Assembly (NCBI RefSeq): GCF_018350175.1
Contig: NC_058368.1
Location: forward strand, 53,942,001 to 54,006,000
Reading direction: 5' to 3'
Length of the DNA stretch: 64,000 nt
Source of the DNA: Felis catus
Lineage: Eukaryota
The notes beneath the pieces are model-generated. The model had not been told where the DNA came from. It did not search any database and was given only the letters and a program-made list of their open reading frames with translations. Positions 35,451 to 48,589 of the stretch are shown in pieces (positions within the stretch are counted from its first letter, which is position 1; each line of letters opens with the position of its first letter). The position numbers and the translations under genes are program-made.

Positions 35451-36019
35451 TGTGATTTTTTTTTTTTGGTAAAGTGCAATATTCTGCCAATCCCTGTTGT
35501 ATAAAACAATAAACGCTGGGATGCTGTGATTGGAGTAGAGAAGGGTGTTAGAGTGGAAGACGTTGGGGTGGGGGGATGCGGGGCAGACATCTCCGTAGGA
35601 TTCTAGGGTTCTGACACAGCTTGACAACCCGAAAGTGATGCCACAAACATGGATGCTGAACACTGAAAATCTTGCTTCAGACTTGTCTGCTCTGTCATTC
35701 ACTAGCTGCAAGTTCATGTTTGCACATGCAATTGACTGTCTTCACAGAATTAGTTACATAGAATTTTTCAGTGCTTATGCCTCTTAATGTTTTGAATAGT
35801 TAATCTGTAGTATAATAAAATCTGTTAATTTGCTTATTAACCATGCAAGAATATATCTAGGTGTCTGATATTTTGAATACTCTCATGAGTGTGGAGGGTG
35901 AAGAAGATCCATGCAATAATGTTCCACAAAATGAATTACTAGGAGAATTCATGACCATTGGGCCAATGGTGTTATATTTGTGTCAGCAGGGAAAGGACTA
36001 AGCAAAACCTGAGCCTTCT

Positions 36020-36768
36020 CTTTGACTCCAATCTCTCATATCTACTAGGTCACTACAACAGACTCACCCAACTGAATCTCACTTGAATAATATCTCTTCA
36101 CCTCCGTAGTCACCACTATAATTCGGAACAACCAACATCCTTCTCCTCTATGATAGCAAACGTCCAGTTTCAATCTCCATCAATCTACTCCACACACTGA
36201 AGCTGAAACATTCATTATAAAAGTGCAATCAGTCCCTGCCATTCCTCTATATAAAATCCTCTCGTGGTTCCTCATTTCCTTTAGGAAAATGTCCAGACTC
36301 CTTCTTAGGGTTTCCAATGTACTAATGAACTGGATTCTACTTTTCTCTCAGCAACATCTTCTACCGCATGAAACCCTAAATTCTGTCCTTCAGCTAAATG
36401 AAAGTTTTCCAGTTTCTCAAACACATGACTGCTGGGCTTTCAGACATGCAATCACTTACTCTCCCAGAACACCCTTCCTCTCTCGTTTTCATTTAATGCT
36501 CATCCATGCCTCATTTTAGCTTTCACTTCTGGAAGCCCTCTTTCACATCCTCTATCTTGGTCAGATGCCCTTTCTAGGGCGGAGTGTACCTATCAGAGCG
36601 GTTATCACAGTATTATAGTGAATTCATTGTGTACACATTATCTTAGGATCATAAACTCCTGGACACACAAATATCTTTCTGCTCCACCATGTTCTCTCTG
36701 GTATCTAGCATAGTGCCTGGCACAGAGTAAAAACTCAAGAAATATTTCTTGAATGAATTGACTGAATA
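36020..36768 (+). mobile_element. LINE-2 3' region
   Basis: aaaatcctctcgtggttcctcatttcctttagg...tatctagcatagtgcctggcacagagta...aaatatttcttgaatgaattgactgaat (L2 tail). Confidence 0.85.
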
Positions 36769-38632
36769 AGCCATCTTAACAAAAGGCTAGGGTGTATGGC
36801 TCTGGACTGCCAGGTGGCACCAGATTAAGATAACATATTGGCTGCACATGGGACACACTGCTTTCTTGCAAAATTAAGGTAACAGAAAGTGAGTGTGGGT
36901 TCATGACTCAACATCTCTTCTGGCTGAATATTATATGAAATAGTTGAATTTAGTTGAAAACAAAGTTTTTCATCTCTGTAGGAAGAATATACAGAAACAC
37001 TATCATTTCCAATGATTCTTTCCTTGGCGAGCAGGATCTTCTAGCATTTTAATCCATAAAGCACTTCCATGATTAGGTTTAAGGTTTGCTGTGGGTATAG
37101 GGCCTTGTCCAATGAGACTAATGCATGAAGGTTAAAGAGGAAAAATACTGGTAAGCTTTAAGCATGTTAGGATAATTGGGCTCAACATGCATAAATTGCT
37201 TTCAGATGAAAGGCTCTAAGCAATTGTTAAATTATAAACATTGAAAAAAAATTCTCTGCATCCAATCTAGAGAAGAAAAGGTTTCCATTTGTACAGCAAA
37301 TTAGATTCAGGTATTTCTGTAGGTCAGCATTTTTTTTTTAAGGCCAAGGAAGCTCTTTTGGCGCTTGCTGTGTCTGACTCAGAGATGGAAGGGACCTGGG
37401 AACTGCGGAAGCCTTTTTGCCTTGCACTTGTCCCACAGCAATTACATTGGAAGGGGTCCTAGACTTGTGGGGTGTGGGATGTGGGATAAATTTGGAGAAA
37501 GACCACAATATGTAAACAAAACCTGCCAGTTTTCCAAAATACCTAACCACAAGACTTCACATTTTGGCAGCTTAGAAAGAGTCAAATGTGCTTTATTCTG
37601 ACAACAAGTTTTATTCTCAGCAGGGAGAGTTATGAATCCCAGTTAAAGCAAGCAACCACCAATAACCAATGTTAGAGGAATTTTAAAATATAGCCTGTGT
37701 AGTAAAACTTAGCAAGCACATGTTCAGAGACAATATTCATCAAGAAACCAATGGCATCAATGGAATCTTTGAAGTGTATGTGTGTTTTCAAAATCCTTTC
37801 GATGAAGAAATCCTACAGTAGGAGAGCTATTTCTAAAGACAGATTAATAGCATTACACTGCTCACTTTATGTTAATTACATCTTCTAACTTGCAGTACCA
37901 TCAACTGAATAATAGTGTTTGAGTCTTAGATAAGATTTTATCAGGAATTTTCAATTTTCAGTGTCCTAAAAGTGCTATATTTTATATTGTCGTGATTTGA
38001 CTTTGACTAACTAGCACACTCCTTAAAGCAATCAGAAAGTCAAAGAATAGATAATCCATCTCAAAGCATTGTTGCATTTTCCCAGAATTTCAATAATGCT
38101 GTTGGTCAGACAAAACAATTGCTTCAAATCCCAAATAGCCCTAAACTTGTACCATATCCGTTGCCAACTCACATTTAATCATGCCCAAGGGTGCTGTTCA
38201 TCTTCCCCGCCTTCTGGAGGGAAATGGTCTACAGACTCTCTCCCTCTCCAGAGCCAGGTCGTATCAAGTTTGAAGAGCAAAGGAAAGGTAAACAGCTTAG
38301 TTGCCTTTAAGAACACTGATGACATTGCTTTGATCAATTTCCAGAGAAAAGGGTAAGCGTGGACTAAATGGTCTATGGTACTTTGTTAAAGCCTGAGGTT
38401 CAGAAGTAATTGGGGGTGGACTTGGGAAACCCCATGATATAAGTGGTGGATTCGAGCATTTCCAGGTACTGTCTCAGAAGAAAATTAGGAACTATAGCTT
38501 AGGACTAAGTAGTTTATTTTACTTAAATTTTAAATGCATTTATTTTTCTTTAAAATAAATATTCCTTGTATTCCCCTAAATTTGTGATTTTATTAATTGG
38601 ATTGGTTTTTTGTTTGTTTCTCAAGGTTCACA

Positions 38633-39036
38633 TTTTTTTTAATGTTTCACGTTTTTTATTTAAATTCTACTTAGTTAACATATAGTGTAATATTAGTTTC
38701 AGGAATAGAACTTAGTGATTAATCACTGACATATAATACCCAGTGCTCAACACAAGTGTCCCCCTTAATACCCATCACTCATTTAGCCCATCCCCCCCCA
38801 CCTCCCCTCCAGGAACCCTCAGTTTTTTCTCTACTCTTAAGAGTCTCTTTTATAGTTTGCCTGCCTCTCTTTTTCTTTCCCCTATGTTCATCTGTTTTGT
38901 TTCTTAAATTCCACATGGGTGAAATCATATGGTATTTGTCTTTCTGACTTATTTCACTTAGCATAATACACTCTAGCTCCATCCATGTCATTGCAAATGG
39001 CAAAATTTCATTATTTTTAATGGCTAAGTAATATTC

Positions 39037-39080
<44 letters not shown>

Positions 39081-39528
39081 CACATCTTCTTTATCCATTC
39101 ATCAGTGTATGGATATTTGGGCTCTTTCCATAATTTGGCTGTTGCTAATAGTGCTGTTATAAACATTAGGGTGCACGTGCCCCTTCGAATCAGTTTTTTT
39201 GTATATTTTGGATAAATACCTAGTAGTGCAATTGCTGGGTCATAGGGTAGTTCTATTTTTAACTTTTTAAGGAAACACCATACTGCTGTTTAGAGTGGCT
39301 GCACCAGTTTGTATTCCCACCAACAGTGTAGGAGGGTTGCCCTTTCTCCACATCCTCTCCAATACCTGTTGTTTCCTGCATTGTTAATTTTAGCCATTCT
39401 GACAGGTGTGAGGTGGTATCTTGTGGTTTTGATTTGTATTTCCCTAATGATGAGTGACGTTGAGCATCTTTTCATGTATCTGTTAGCCATCTGGATGTCT
39501 TCTTTGGGAAAATGTCTACTCATGTCTT
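38633..39528 (-). mobile_element. 5'-truncated carnivore LINE-1 (ORF2 end plus 3' UTR)
   Basis: Minus ORF 39290-39523 ([42 protein letters not shown]) is the L1 ORF2p C-terminus. 38779-39003 (FAMTWMELECIMLSEISQ) is typical L1 3' text. T-rich tail at about 38633-38662. Confidence 0.96.
39039..39078 (+). repeat. (TG)n microsatellite inside L1
   Basis: Read directly. Confidence 0.97.
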
Positions 39529-39629
39529 AGGAACTTTAGATTAGGACCAAGTAGTTTAAATTTATTAAAATCCTATAGTGATTTATAAATAAAATGCTTT
39601 TTTAAAAAAAGCACATTCGTGCATCTCTT

Positions 39630-39770
39630 TTCCCATTCATCCAAGAAATATTTGCGTAATACTTATTCTACCCTTGTCTGGTACTAAACTCTGCCTGGTA
39701 CTGAAGATGTGACGGTGAATAAAAATGAGACACACTCTGCCCTCATGGAACTTCTTGTCTGGCAGTTGTA
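39630..39770 (-). mobile_element. LINE-2 3' fragment
   Basis: cattcatccaagaaatatttg...ggtactgaagatgtgacggtgaataaaa...ctctgccctcatggaactt. Confidence 0.75.
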
Positions 39771-39772
39771 CA

Positions 39773-39773
<1 letters not shown>

Positions 39774-39818
<45 letters not shown>
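39774..39818 (+). repeat. (TG)n microsatellite
   Basis: Read directly. Confidence 0.97.
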
Positions 39819-39823
<5 letters not shown>

Positions 39824-40759
39824 AAGATACAGAAATAGGGAAATATAAAATTCAGAATTGAAATACCCTTTTAATTTTTTTGGCAGGAAACCCCAAAGAA
39901 TTGGAAGGGGAAGAGCGGGCCTTGCTTCCCACCTTTGTACTGTAAGAGTTAATGAAAGATAGTCCTTCCTTTCCCATCTCCCAGCAGCCAGGACCAGACA
40001 TGCTCTCTCCTAGGAATGTGAGCTTTGAAAGCACATGACAGTGGCTCAGAAACAATTAGAAATTCATCAAGAATGCTGTACCAGCAGCCTTCTGAATCCA
40101 CAGCATAGCAGCAGGCTCAGTGGTGAGGTCCTGAGCACAGAGGAACCCTGGTGTGATTTGGCTCAACATTTAGCTGCCCTGCCTCAGGCTTCCTACCAAT
40201 TTCCTCTCCCTGGTTTACCTGTGATCTCATCAATCTGTCTCCTATACTTGTTAGTGCTCTGGTTGAACAGAGTTCCTGTCTGATGTTTGCCACAAAGCAT
40301 AGCAACTGACTGAAGGGGGAGCATTCAACAATTAGAGCTGGCACTATCAATTAATTATAATCATGGTGCAGTGTTATGAACAAACGGTATATTTGTCTTT
40401 TTGGGTATAAAGCAAAGAAGATATTTAGGAAGCCTGAGACCCAGGCCATATCTAGACTGGAGAAAAAGTTTCCCAAAGACCCAACAGAATGCTAGTTATG
40501 GAGAGGAAAGTATGCTGAATTCCTGGACCCAAAGCAAAGGAAGAAAACTATACTGGAATCCAATACGAATCTGTAACAATAAACAATAGGAAGACCTCTA
40601 TAGAGTTTTGACGTTCCCATTAGGGTTATCTTTGCTATTCATAAGCAGAAAATGAAGAAATGCCTCAGAGATTTGTATTCCTCTGTGCACTTCACACAAT
40701 ACCTATATCCAAATGCCTACAGCTTTACGTCTGTCCCATTCACAATGGGACGGTCCAGT

Positions 40760-41320
40760 GCAAGTTCCCTTCACGTCTGCCCTAGACTGGCATCCCGGGT
40801 TCTTGTGTTCCACCTGTCCGATTTCTCCTTGTCTTGGCCATGCAGGTGATCACTCTAAAATGCTATGTGATTATGGGAATTCTCCTTCTTAGAGTCCTTC
40901 TAGGCCATTGCATCACCCCAACACCAAAAGGATCAAGTATATGCTCCTTAACAGACAGAACATCTCTCTCTAAGCCTTACTCACGCCTCTCACCCCCTAT
41001 AACTTTGTCTTCTAGCAGCATTGCACTACTTATAATTCTCCAAACATGCCAAGTGATTCCATGCCTTTGTACCTGCTCATCTACCAAATTCTCTAAGCCT
41101 GGAATACTGTTCCCCCCATCCCTTGCTTCTCCACCTTCTCCTAATTTTAATTCATCTTTAATGATTGAGCCCAGATATCATCTTTTCCTTCAGAAACTTT
41201 CCTGGAACTCCTGGGTTGGATAAAGAGCTCCTGTAGCAACTGCATACAGAGAGAGATAGAGATATGGATGTGTCATAATACCACATTTTATTGACATTGT
41301 CTCTTTAGGTCTCATCTTAC
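40760..41320 (+). mobile_element. LINE-2 fragment
   Basis: ctgcctagactggcatcccgggttctt...ccaaacatgccaag...tgcctttgtacctgct...cctggaatactgttcccc. Confidence 0.7.
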
Positions 41321-41324
41321 CCAT

Positions 41325-41656
41325 TGTCTTGTCAACTTAGGCTGCTTTGATAAATTACCATAGATTGGGTGGCTTAAACAACAGAAACTTAACTTGTCAC
41401 AGTTCTGGAGACTAGGAAGTCCAAAATCAAGATGCCAGGCAATTCAGTTCCTGGTGAAGGCCCTCTTTCTGGCTCATGGATGGCTGTCTTCTTGTTATAT
41501 CCTCTTATGGAGGGAGGAGAGAGATCACCTCTCTTATAGCTCTTCTTATCAGGACACCAATCCCATTCACAAGGGTCCACTTCATGTCATTATTACAATC
41601 CAGAGGACCACCTCTAACGTGAATTCGGGGATGATAAAAACGTTTAGTCTTTAACA
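41325..41656 (-). mobile_element. MaLR solo LTR (MLT1A-like)
   Basis: aaattaccatagattgggtggcttaaacaacagaaa...cacagttctggagactaggaagtccaaaatcaagatgcc...ggacaccaatcccattca. Confidence 0.9.
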
Positions 41657-42409
41657 CATGAAAAAGTTTATTCTGATATCCCCAACACCTAGAATAGTCT
41701 CAACAAAAAATTAGGTTTTTAAAAAATATGTTGGACAAATTTATGTATATAGTTTTCTCATCAATATCAGTAACAAAATGATAACCTCTGGTTTTACTTG
41801 AGACCTTGACTTATTTAATGTGATTTCTTTTGTTTTTCTAAGAACTATCTCTTTTACCTTACTTGCTGATAATTTCAATAATCAATAGAATCTCCCTAGA
41901 AAAGTTAAAAGATAGAGTGGATGGAGAAAATAGCAAGACAAGAAAAAGAAATACGAAGGAGTAATGTCACAATTGGAGACACTTGCAAAATGAAGAAGGA
42001 AAGAGTGGGAAATGAGAAGGCTCAATTATGGTGCGTGATTCAGCCACAGATTAGAAGGTTGTATCTTTCTTCTAGTTTCCTTCACTTCTATTTTAACTGT
42101 ATGAATCTGACTTCCTGAAATAATCTATTTCTAGTAACATATATTCAGCCCCGACGTGCGTGATTCCTGTCATGGGCCACATCAAACTGAAAGGCAAAAC
42201 ACCCATATTCCTGACAATGCTTGGTGAAGGAGCACTTACTTAATTCCTGAGCCACTCAGGAAATAAGTACAGCAAAGGTCTTTGTGAAGGAGCATGTCTC
42301 CAGCCAGTCACAAGTCCCCAAGAATATGGCCATTTCCCTCTTTGCACACACTTTACTAATACTCCTCTGTTTTTAACTGAGGGTGAAGAAGGATCAAAAA
42401 GCTGAGAGC

Positions 42410-42640
42410 AGAGGGTTTAGATGATAGACAGTCCTAGATTAACCCCCAATTCTATCGCTTCCCAGTTTGTACGACCTTGAGTTTAGTGGTTAACTTCTCT
42501 AAGCTCAGTTTCCTCATCTCAGAAATGGGGACATAATAATGCTAACTCACAGGCTTTTGGTGACAAGTAAATACTGCTAATGAGCTGTGATGCTCTTAGC
42601 ACTATGCCAAGAGCACAGTGAGCATATTCAAGAAATGACA
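42410..42640 (+). mobile_element. MIR SINE
   Basis: acgaccttga...ttaacttctctaagctcagtttcctcatctcagaaatggggacataataatgctaactcacagg. Confidence 0.88.
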
Positions 42641-42899
42641 CATGCATTAATTCTTTCCAACTGAAAGGAATCCATTTTGGCCCATGATGACTCACTGGGT
42701 CATGTAACATGAGGCCAGACACCAATCTCCTCCTTCTGGCTGATCTCTGCTGTGTCTTCCAGGTAACTAAGAGTGCAGCAAGCTCTGCCACAAAGTCATC
42801 TTCTGAGGAGATAATTAGGCTCTAATTCTCTGGCCTAAAGCATCACTGTCTCTTTGGAATACTGGGATGATCCTGCTACTGTCCTGGAAGATCCTTCTC

Positions 42900-43072
42900 T
42901 AAGCCATGCTAGGGGCTCAGTTGGCTGAGCGTTCAACTCTTGATTTCGGCTCAGGTCATGATCTCCTGGTTCATGGGATCGAGCCCTGCATCGGGCTCTA
43001 CACTGACAGTGCCGGGCAAGCTTGGGATTCTTTCTCTCTCTCCCTCTCTTTCTCTCTGCCCCTCCCCTGCTT

Positions 43073-43115
<43 letters not shown>

Positions 43116-43134
43116 ATTAAATAAAAACAAACTT
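42900..43134 (+). mobile_element. CAN-SINE
   Basis: ggctcagttggctgagcgttcaactcttgatttcggctcaggtcatgatctc head, long CT tract and A-rich tail. Confidence 0.94.
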
Positions 43135-45149
43135 ACAGCATGCTAGACTCATGGCATTTGCACTTTCAACCTTTGAGAGTATGACCATATCTAGGTATGC
43201 TGCCTACCACGTGGTTCATGTGTAGAAGCAAGTACTTAGCCAACGAGTAAGCCTGCCTGATTATTCAGCTTCTATATCTTAATTAGTATGTGTGAATTTA
43301 AGTATTCTGGAACATCTCAGGATGTCTCCTTTGTAAATGTCAAGGGTGTACCATATATGTAGAGCCCCATTTCCAAGAAAAGCATCATGCATCAACTAGA
43401 AACAGATGTATCCTAACTGAATGCAGCTTGGAGGGTCCTGGGTGAGATCTCCTTAAATGGGTTGTAGACCCACCCTTTGAGGTACACACCAAATGTCACC
43501 ACCTCCTCTGTGAAGTACTTCCTGGCTTTTCTCAAATGTTTGCTACTTCTTCTTCTTTGCTTCCATAGCATAGTATGCATAATCTATCATAGCATTTATC
43601 GTTTTACAATTGGTCTCCTTAACTAGCCATAGTTACTTAAGAACAGAGACTCTATCTTTGTATCCCTAGTACTTAGCTATTACAGTTTCTGTAATTATCT
43701 CTCAATAACTGCTTTCCTAGAAGAATGAGCCATGAAAGGCCATACTCATTCCGTGATGGCAGCACTACAAATCATACACCTATAGAATTGGGTTATACCT
43801 GCTGATTCCACTAGATTTAAGGTAGATTGGTCTGTTTTAGTTTTAGCCGTGCAATGTCTTCCTGGGCTCTTCTGCTACCATATAAGAGGATTCCATCTAG
43901 TATCCTGGTGTATCTTAGATTGATATCTCCCAACGAATTCACTCCTCTGGCACAGTTTGCCCTTGAATTGTCACCACTCTATGCCTCCTGTTGTTGGTAG
44001 ATGCCACACAAGACTAGCCAAAAGCCAAGCTGCACACTACTAAGACTTCTGGAGCAGTTTTTATAAGAGAAAAAATTTCAGAGATAGGAGTAATAGCATG
44101 TGTGTGATTTTCCCAGTGCCTGTCATGTTCTGGAGCAGTACACGGGGACCCCACAAGGTCTGGGTGTCAGTCTCCAGAAGAAGAACCCCAGACCTGTGAA
44201 CTGAGTGTCTAGGAAATAACAGCTCCTCCCCTGGCACAGGCAGGGGCTGAGATCCAATAGAAATATAATGGATGGAATCTCAATTCCAGCCCTGGTTCAT
44301 CAGCCAAGCATTCACGGTTAGGGAAGATACATTTTGGACTCCAAGCGGTGCGGTTGCAGCTTTTTAATATGGCTGGGTGGTGGCATGGTCTGTACCTCAG
44401 CATCCATGGTTGGGGTAACACCAGCCCTTCTCTGGCATAATCAGGGGGGTTGAGGTCACAGCCTACATGATGTGGTAGATGGGTAACATTTTTCATCACA
44501 TCAGCCCTCTATCAGGATCCATGGCCTGAATTACCCAGCTATAGCTGCTTTCATGTAGCTTTGCAGGAGGACAGCCTGTAGGTGAGTGGTACAGGACAAG
44601 TTAAAACCTGATCCTTCAATGAATGTAGTCTTTTTATGGTTCTAATTCATTAGGATCTGCTGGGCCTAAGTAAAATAAATGAATTAACCTCAACCAGATT
44701 GGCTGACTTCTTATACTCAAAATGACTAACACTCCTCTCTCTGAAACAAAAGTGATCATTAAGCCTGTGAGAGCAGGGACTTCATCTAACACCCGAATGC
44801 AACCCTGGGGTCTGCATTACTACTCTTGTTGAGTCAATGAAAGAATGAACCTTCAGTTATGGGAGTTAGACCTTATTCTTGTTTGACTTCGACATGAAAG
44901 GGGACTCAAATGTGTTTATTTCTTGAAATCATCATATAACCAGAATAAGGGCTAGTACTATTTAAAAGGGTGATCCATTTATATACATCCTTTTTTTAAT
45001 ACCTTATCTCTCTACCACAGCTGTTACACAGTACCCTAATATCTACCTGCTGCCTTTAGAGTTCCTTTAGAGAACATAGTCATTGATCAGGTGAGAATTT
45101 AAGAAATGACAGCAGTATGAAAGCCCTGAATGCTGACTGGACTTACTGA

Positions 45150-45712
45150 CTCACTTAGTGAATAGAAAATGAAAAGAGAAAAAGAGTAGCCTTGTGGTGG
45201 AGAAACCTGGCACCCGTTATCTTAACCAAGTGATCAAGGTTCACATCAGTGTGATACAGCATTTGGATGGCATCTACCCTCTGGTATACCTCTGTGACAT
45301 TCTTGTCAAAACCCATAACCCCACTCTACAACAGAGACTTCAGACAAACCAACATTGAAGAACATTCTACAAAACACCTCATCAGGACTTATCAAAAATG
45401 GCAAGGTGATTAAAAGCAGGGAAAGTCTGAGCAACTCTCACAGACAAAAAGAAGCCTAAGGAGACATGTCGTGTGGTGTCCTGAGTGAGATCCTGAAACA
45501 GTAAAAAGGACCTTATGGAAAATAAGTGAACAAATAAGCATGGAGCCTAGTTAATAGTAATGTATGAATATTGGGTCCTTACTTGTAACAAACATACCGT
45601 AGGAGTGTCAGATACTAACAATGGGAAACTGAGCGAAAGCTATACGGGAACTCTTAATTCTTTCTATCGTTTCAACTTTTTGGTGGATCTAAAATTACTA
45701 TACATTTAAAAA
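45150..45712 (+). mobile_element. Old L1 (L1MC/MD-like) 3' UTR
   Basis: gtggagaaacctggca...cttaaccaagtgatcaaggttcacatca...cagacaaaccaacattgaagaacattctacaaaa...ggatctaaaattact. Confidence 0.85.
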
Positions 45713-45925
45713 AATGTTTTTAACATTTACTCATTTTTGAGAGACAGAGAGAGACAGAATGTGAGCAGGGGAGGGGCAGAGAGAGAGGGAGACACAGAAT
45801 CCGAAGCAGGTTCCAGGCTCTGAGCTGTCAGCACAGAACCCAATGCAGGCTTGAACTCATGAACCGCGAGATCATAACCTGAGCCAAAGTTGAATGCTTG
45901 ACCAACTGAGCCACTCAGGCGCCCC
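45706..45925 (-). mobile_element. CAN-SINE
   Basis: tttttgagagacagagagagacagaatgtgagcaggggaggggcagag...caactgagccactcaggcgcccc. Confidence 0.96.
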
Positions 45926-45942
45926 TATTATATGTTGGTGTT

Positions 45943-45987
<45 letters not shown>
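45943..45987 (+). repeat. (GTT)n microsatellite
   Basis: Read directly. Confidence 0.96.
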
Positions 45988-45988
<1 letters not shown>

Positions 45989-46002
45989 AGTGAAAGCTAC
46001 TT

Positions 46003-46204
46003 GGGGCACCTGGGTGGCTCAGTTGGTTAAGCAGCCAACTCTTGATTTCAGCTCAGGTCATGATCTCATGGTTTATGAGTTCAAACCGCCATATCGAGCT
46101 CTGTGCCTGGAGTGCAGAGCCTGCTTGGGATTCTCTCTTTCTCTCTCCCTCTCCCCCTCCTTTGCATTCTCCCTTTATTTATAAACAAATAAACTTAAAA
46201 AAAA
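46003..46204 (+). mobile_element. CAN-SINE
   Basis: ggggcacctgggtggctcagttggttaagcagcc head. Perfect TSD aagtgaaagctactt at 45988-46002 and 46205-46219. Confidence 0.96.
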
Positions 46205-47199
46205 AAGTGAAAGCTACTTGAGTTTCCATAAAGGAGCTTAGAGCCACTTGACTGAAAGCAGGAAGAATACAGTGCCCAGAACAGGGTCTGGCACACAGTA
46301 AACAGTGGACAGTCTCTGTTGAGTAACTTTAATGTCGATAAAATATTTATACGTCATATAAGCTATTTATTTGCAATTAAAGAGAGTTTTAAAAATCCTT
46401 AAATTGTAAAGTTATGGGAACAATTACTCGAAAGGAGGAAAAACAAAGTTTTCATTTACCAAAAGTTTCCAAAAGATATTCAAACCAGGGATAATTTAAG
46501 GAAAGTTACAGAGGAGGCAGCACATGCAATCGGTTAGCGAGTGGCCCGGCCCAACGGAACATTGCTGTAAGGGAAAAGGGAGAGGATCCGATTAAAAGTA
46601 GGTATGTTTTCTCATGTGAACTTTAAAAATGGATACCATTTCTTCTTTTGCCTTTTGTTTGTTGTGGCGAGCTCTAGGCTTCCTTTTCTCTTGTTTTTAT
46701 TTTTTTTTCCTTGTGGCCTTTCTCACATTTCATGTTTCTTCTTTCTTACTCCTCTGATTATCTTCTTTCTTATTAATCTCTCATGACCCAGCAGCCCCAG
46801 GCTGAAGGTTGATTCACTTTCGGGGAAATGCCTTCGTTCCCTGTCTTCTATTACCAGGCACCTGGCTTTTGGGCCTGCCTGTTGCTTTTTAGCATTTTCT
46901 CTACGGACACTGGCAGGCACTTAGAAAGTACTTTGTGATTAATTTTTCTTATGTTGTCTATATCTGGAAACAGATGCATGCCATCTAGTTTGTTCATTTA
47001 CAAATCTGGAAAACGGTGTGGATTTGGTGGCAGAACTTATTTTCCTATGAATACAGTGGCGATAACAGTGTTGTGCTCTTTTAAAATATACCCAAATGAA
47101 GTTGTATAGAAAGACACCTACGTTTGTATCCCTTTCTTTGAAATATATATTTTTAAACCTTCTTCAGTTTTGGTATTTTGTTACCTGAGGAATCAGAAA

Positions 47200-47365
47200 A
47201 CTCAGTTTCTGGTCTCCTTCCTGAGAGACTCTGGACAAGTCATTTAATTCTTCAAGTCTCCATGTACCTAGTGGTGAAATGGAAATACTCTGTATAACAC
47301 TTGACATACTCAGAGAAGCAGCCAGTCCCGATGCCCTTTCCAGATGTAAAATCTGTGATTCTAAA
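47200..47365 (+). mobile_element. MIR/MIR3-like SINE
   Basis: gactctggacaagtcatttaattcttcaagtctc...gtgaaatggaaata...ccctttccagatgtaaaatctgtgattcta. Confidence 0.65.
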
Positions 47366-48307
47366 TTTGAACCAGTATTTGAGGGGCACTTAGCTGCACA
47401 TTTTACTTTGCAAGGCAATGAAGGTAGAGATGCCATCGAGAGTTACAGAAAGTCCAAGACAGCTTGTGCACTTGACAGTCAAGGTGTGGAAAGAAGAGGG
47501 GAGGGAGACACTGCAGGTTTCACTGGGCTTTAAAATCAAGCAGGCCAATAATGTACCAGTTCAAATGGGGATGGGGCTCTCCTGCCAGTTACTCTGTAGA
47601 CAAACGTGATCATGTCCTTCTGAATCTACTAATGAGAAATTCCTAATCACACATCTATGTTGGTCGATAATTTATATATTTGAGTCAGATTTTTGAAGAA
47701 GACAGAAGTATATACTCAGTTGTGCTTATATAATTTACCGCTGCTGCTAAAGTGTAAGTCTAAACAAAATATTTATAGAACCATTTACTGATACATTGTT
47801 GTTTGTACAAAAAAGGTTTAACTCTTCTCTTTTATTCTCATTCTCCCTGCCCATGCAGCCCTGGGTCTGCATAGATGGGAGTTACAATTTCACAATCTGT
47901 GGTTATCCCTTTATTTTATTATTATTATTTTTGTAAACCAACTGTGTAATTAGCCAGCACTTTGGGCAATCTGACTGTTTGGTTTTTAAACAAAATGACA
48001 ATTTCTTACATATTTTTGTTTTGAATAGTAAAGAATAGCGCTCACAGTTAATGGAGTAGAACAGAGAATTTTCACAATGTCATTATTTCACTTGTGTGTA
48101 CAAAATGATCATTTCATTTTTGTACTGCTTAGGCATATTTCCTTCCTGAAAGGAGAAATGATAATAACATGTCGCTTTCCCTGATTGGACTGACTCTGAA
48201 GTATTATTTGATTCTGTCCTCATACAAACCCTATGATGAATAGAATAATGCTGTCGTTCCCCCATTTAACATAAGAGAGAATAGAATAAGAATTTTATAT
48301 GGAAGTT

Positions 48308-48534
48308 GGGGTGCCTGGGTGGCTTCGTCGGTTAAGCGTCCGACTTCAGCTCAGGTCATGATCTCATTGTTCGTGAGTTCCAGCCCCGTGTCGGACTCTG
48401 TGCTGACAGCTCAGAGCCTGAAACCTGCTTCATATTCTGTGTCTCCCTCTCTCTCTGCCTTCCTCTGCTCATGCTCTGTCTCTCTTTCTCTCTCTTAAAA
48501 ATATATAATAAACACTTAAAAAATTAAGAAAAAC
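48308..48534 (+). mobile_element. CAN-SINE
   Basis: ggggtgcctgggtggcttcgtcggttaagcgtccgacttcagctcagg head. TSD agaattttatat(g/a)gaagt at 48289-48306 and 48535-48552. Confidence 0.96.
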
Positions 48535-48589
48535 AGAATTTTATATAGAAGTGATTGGCAAAAAGTTGGAATCAATGTAAATATTTGTT

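Noticed and set aside
38779..39523. ORFs with L1 ORF2p-like peptides
   Set aside because: A 5'-truncated, frameshifted L1 fragment, not an intact CDS or a host gene.
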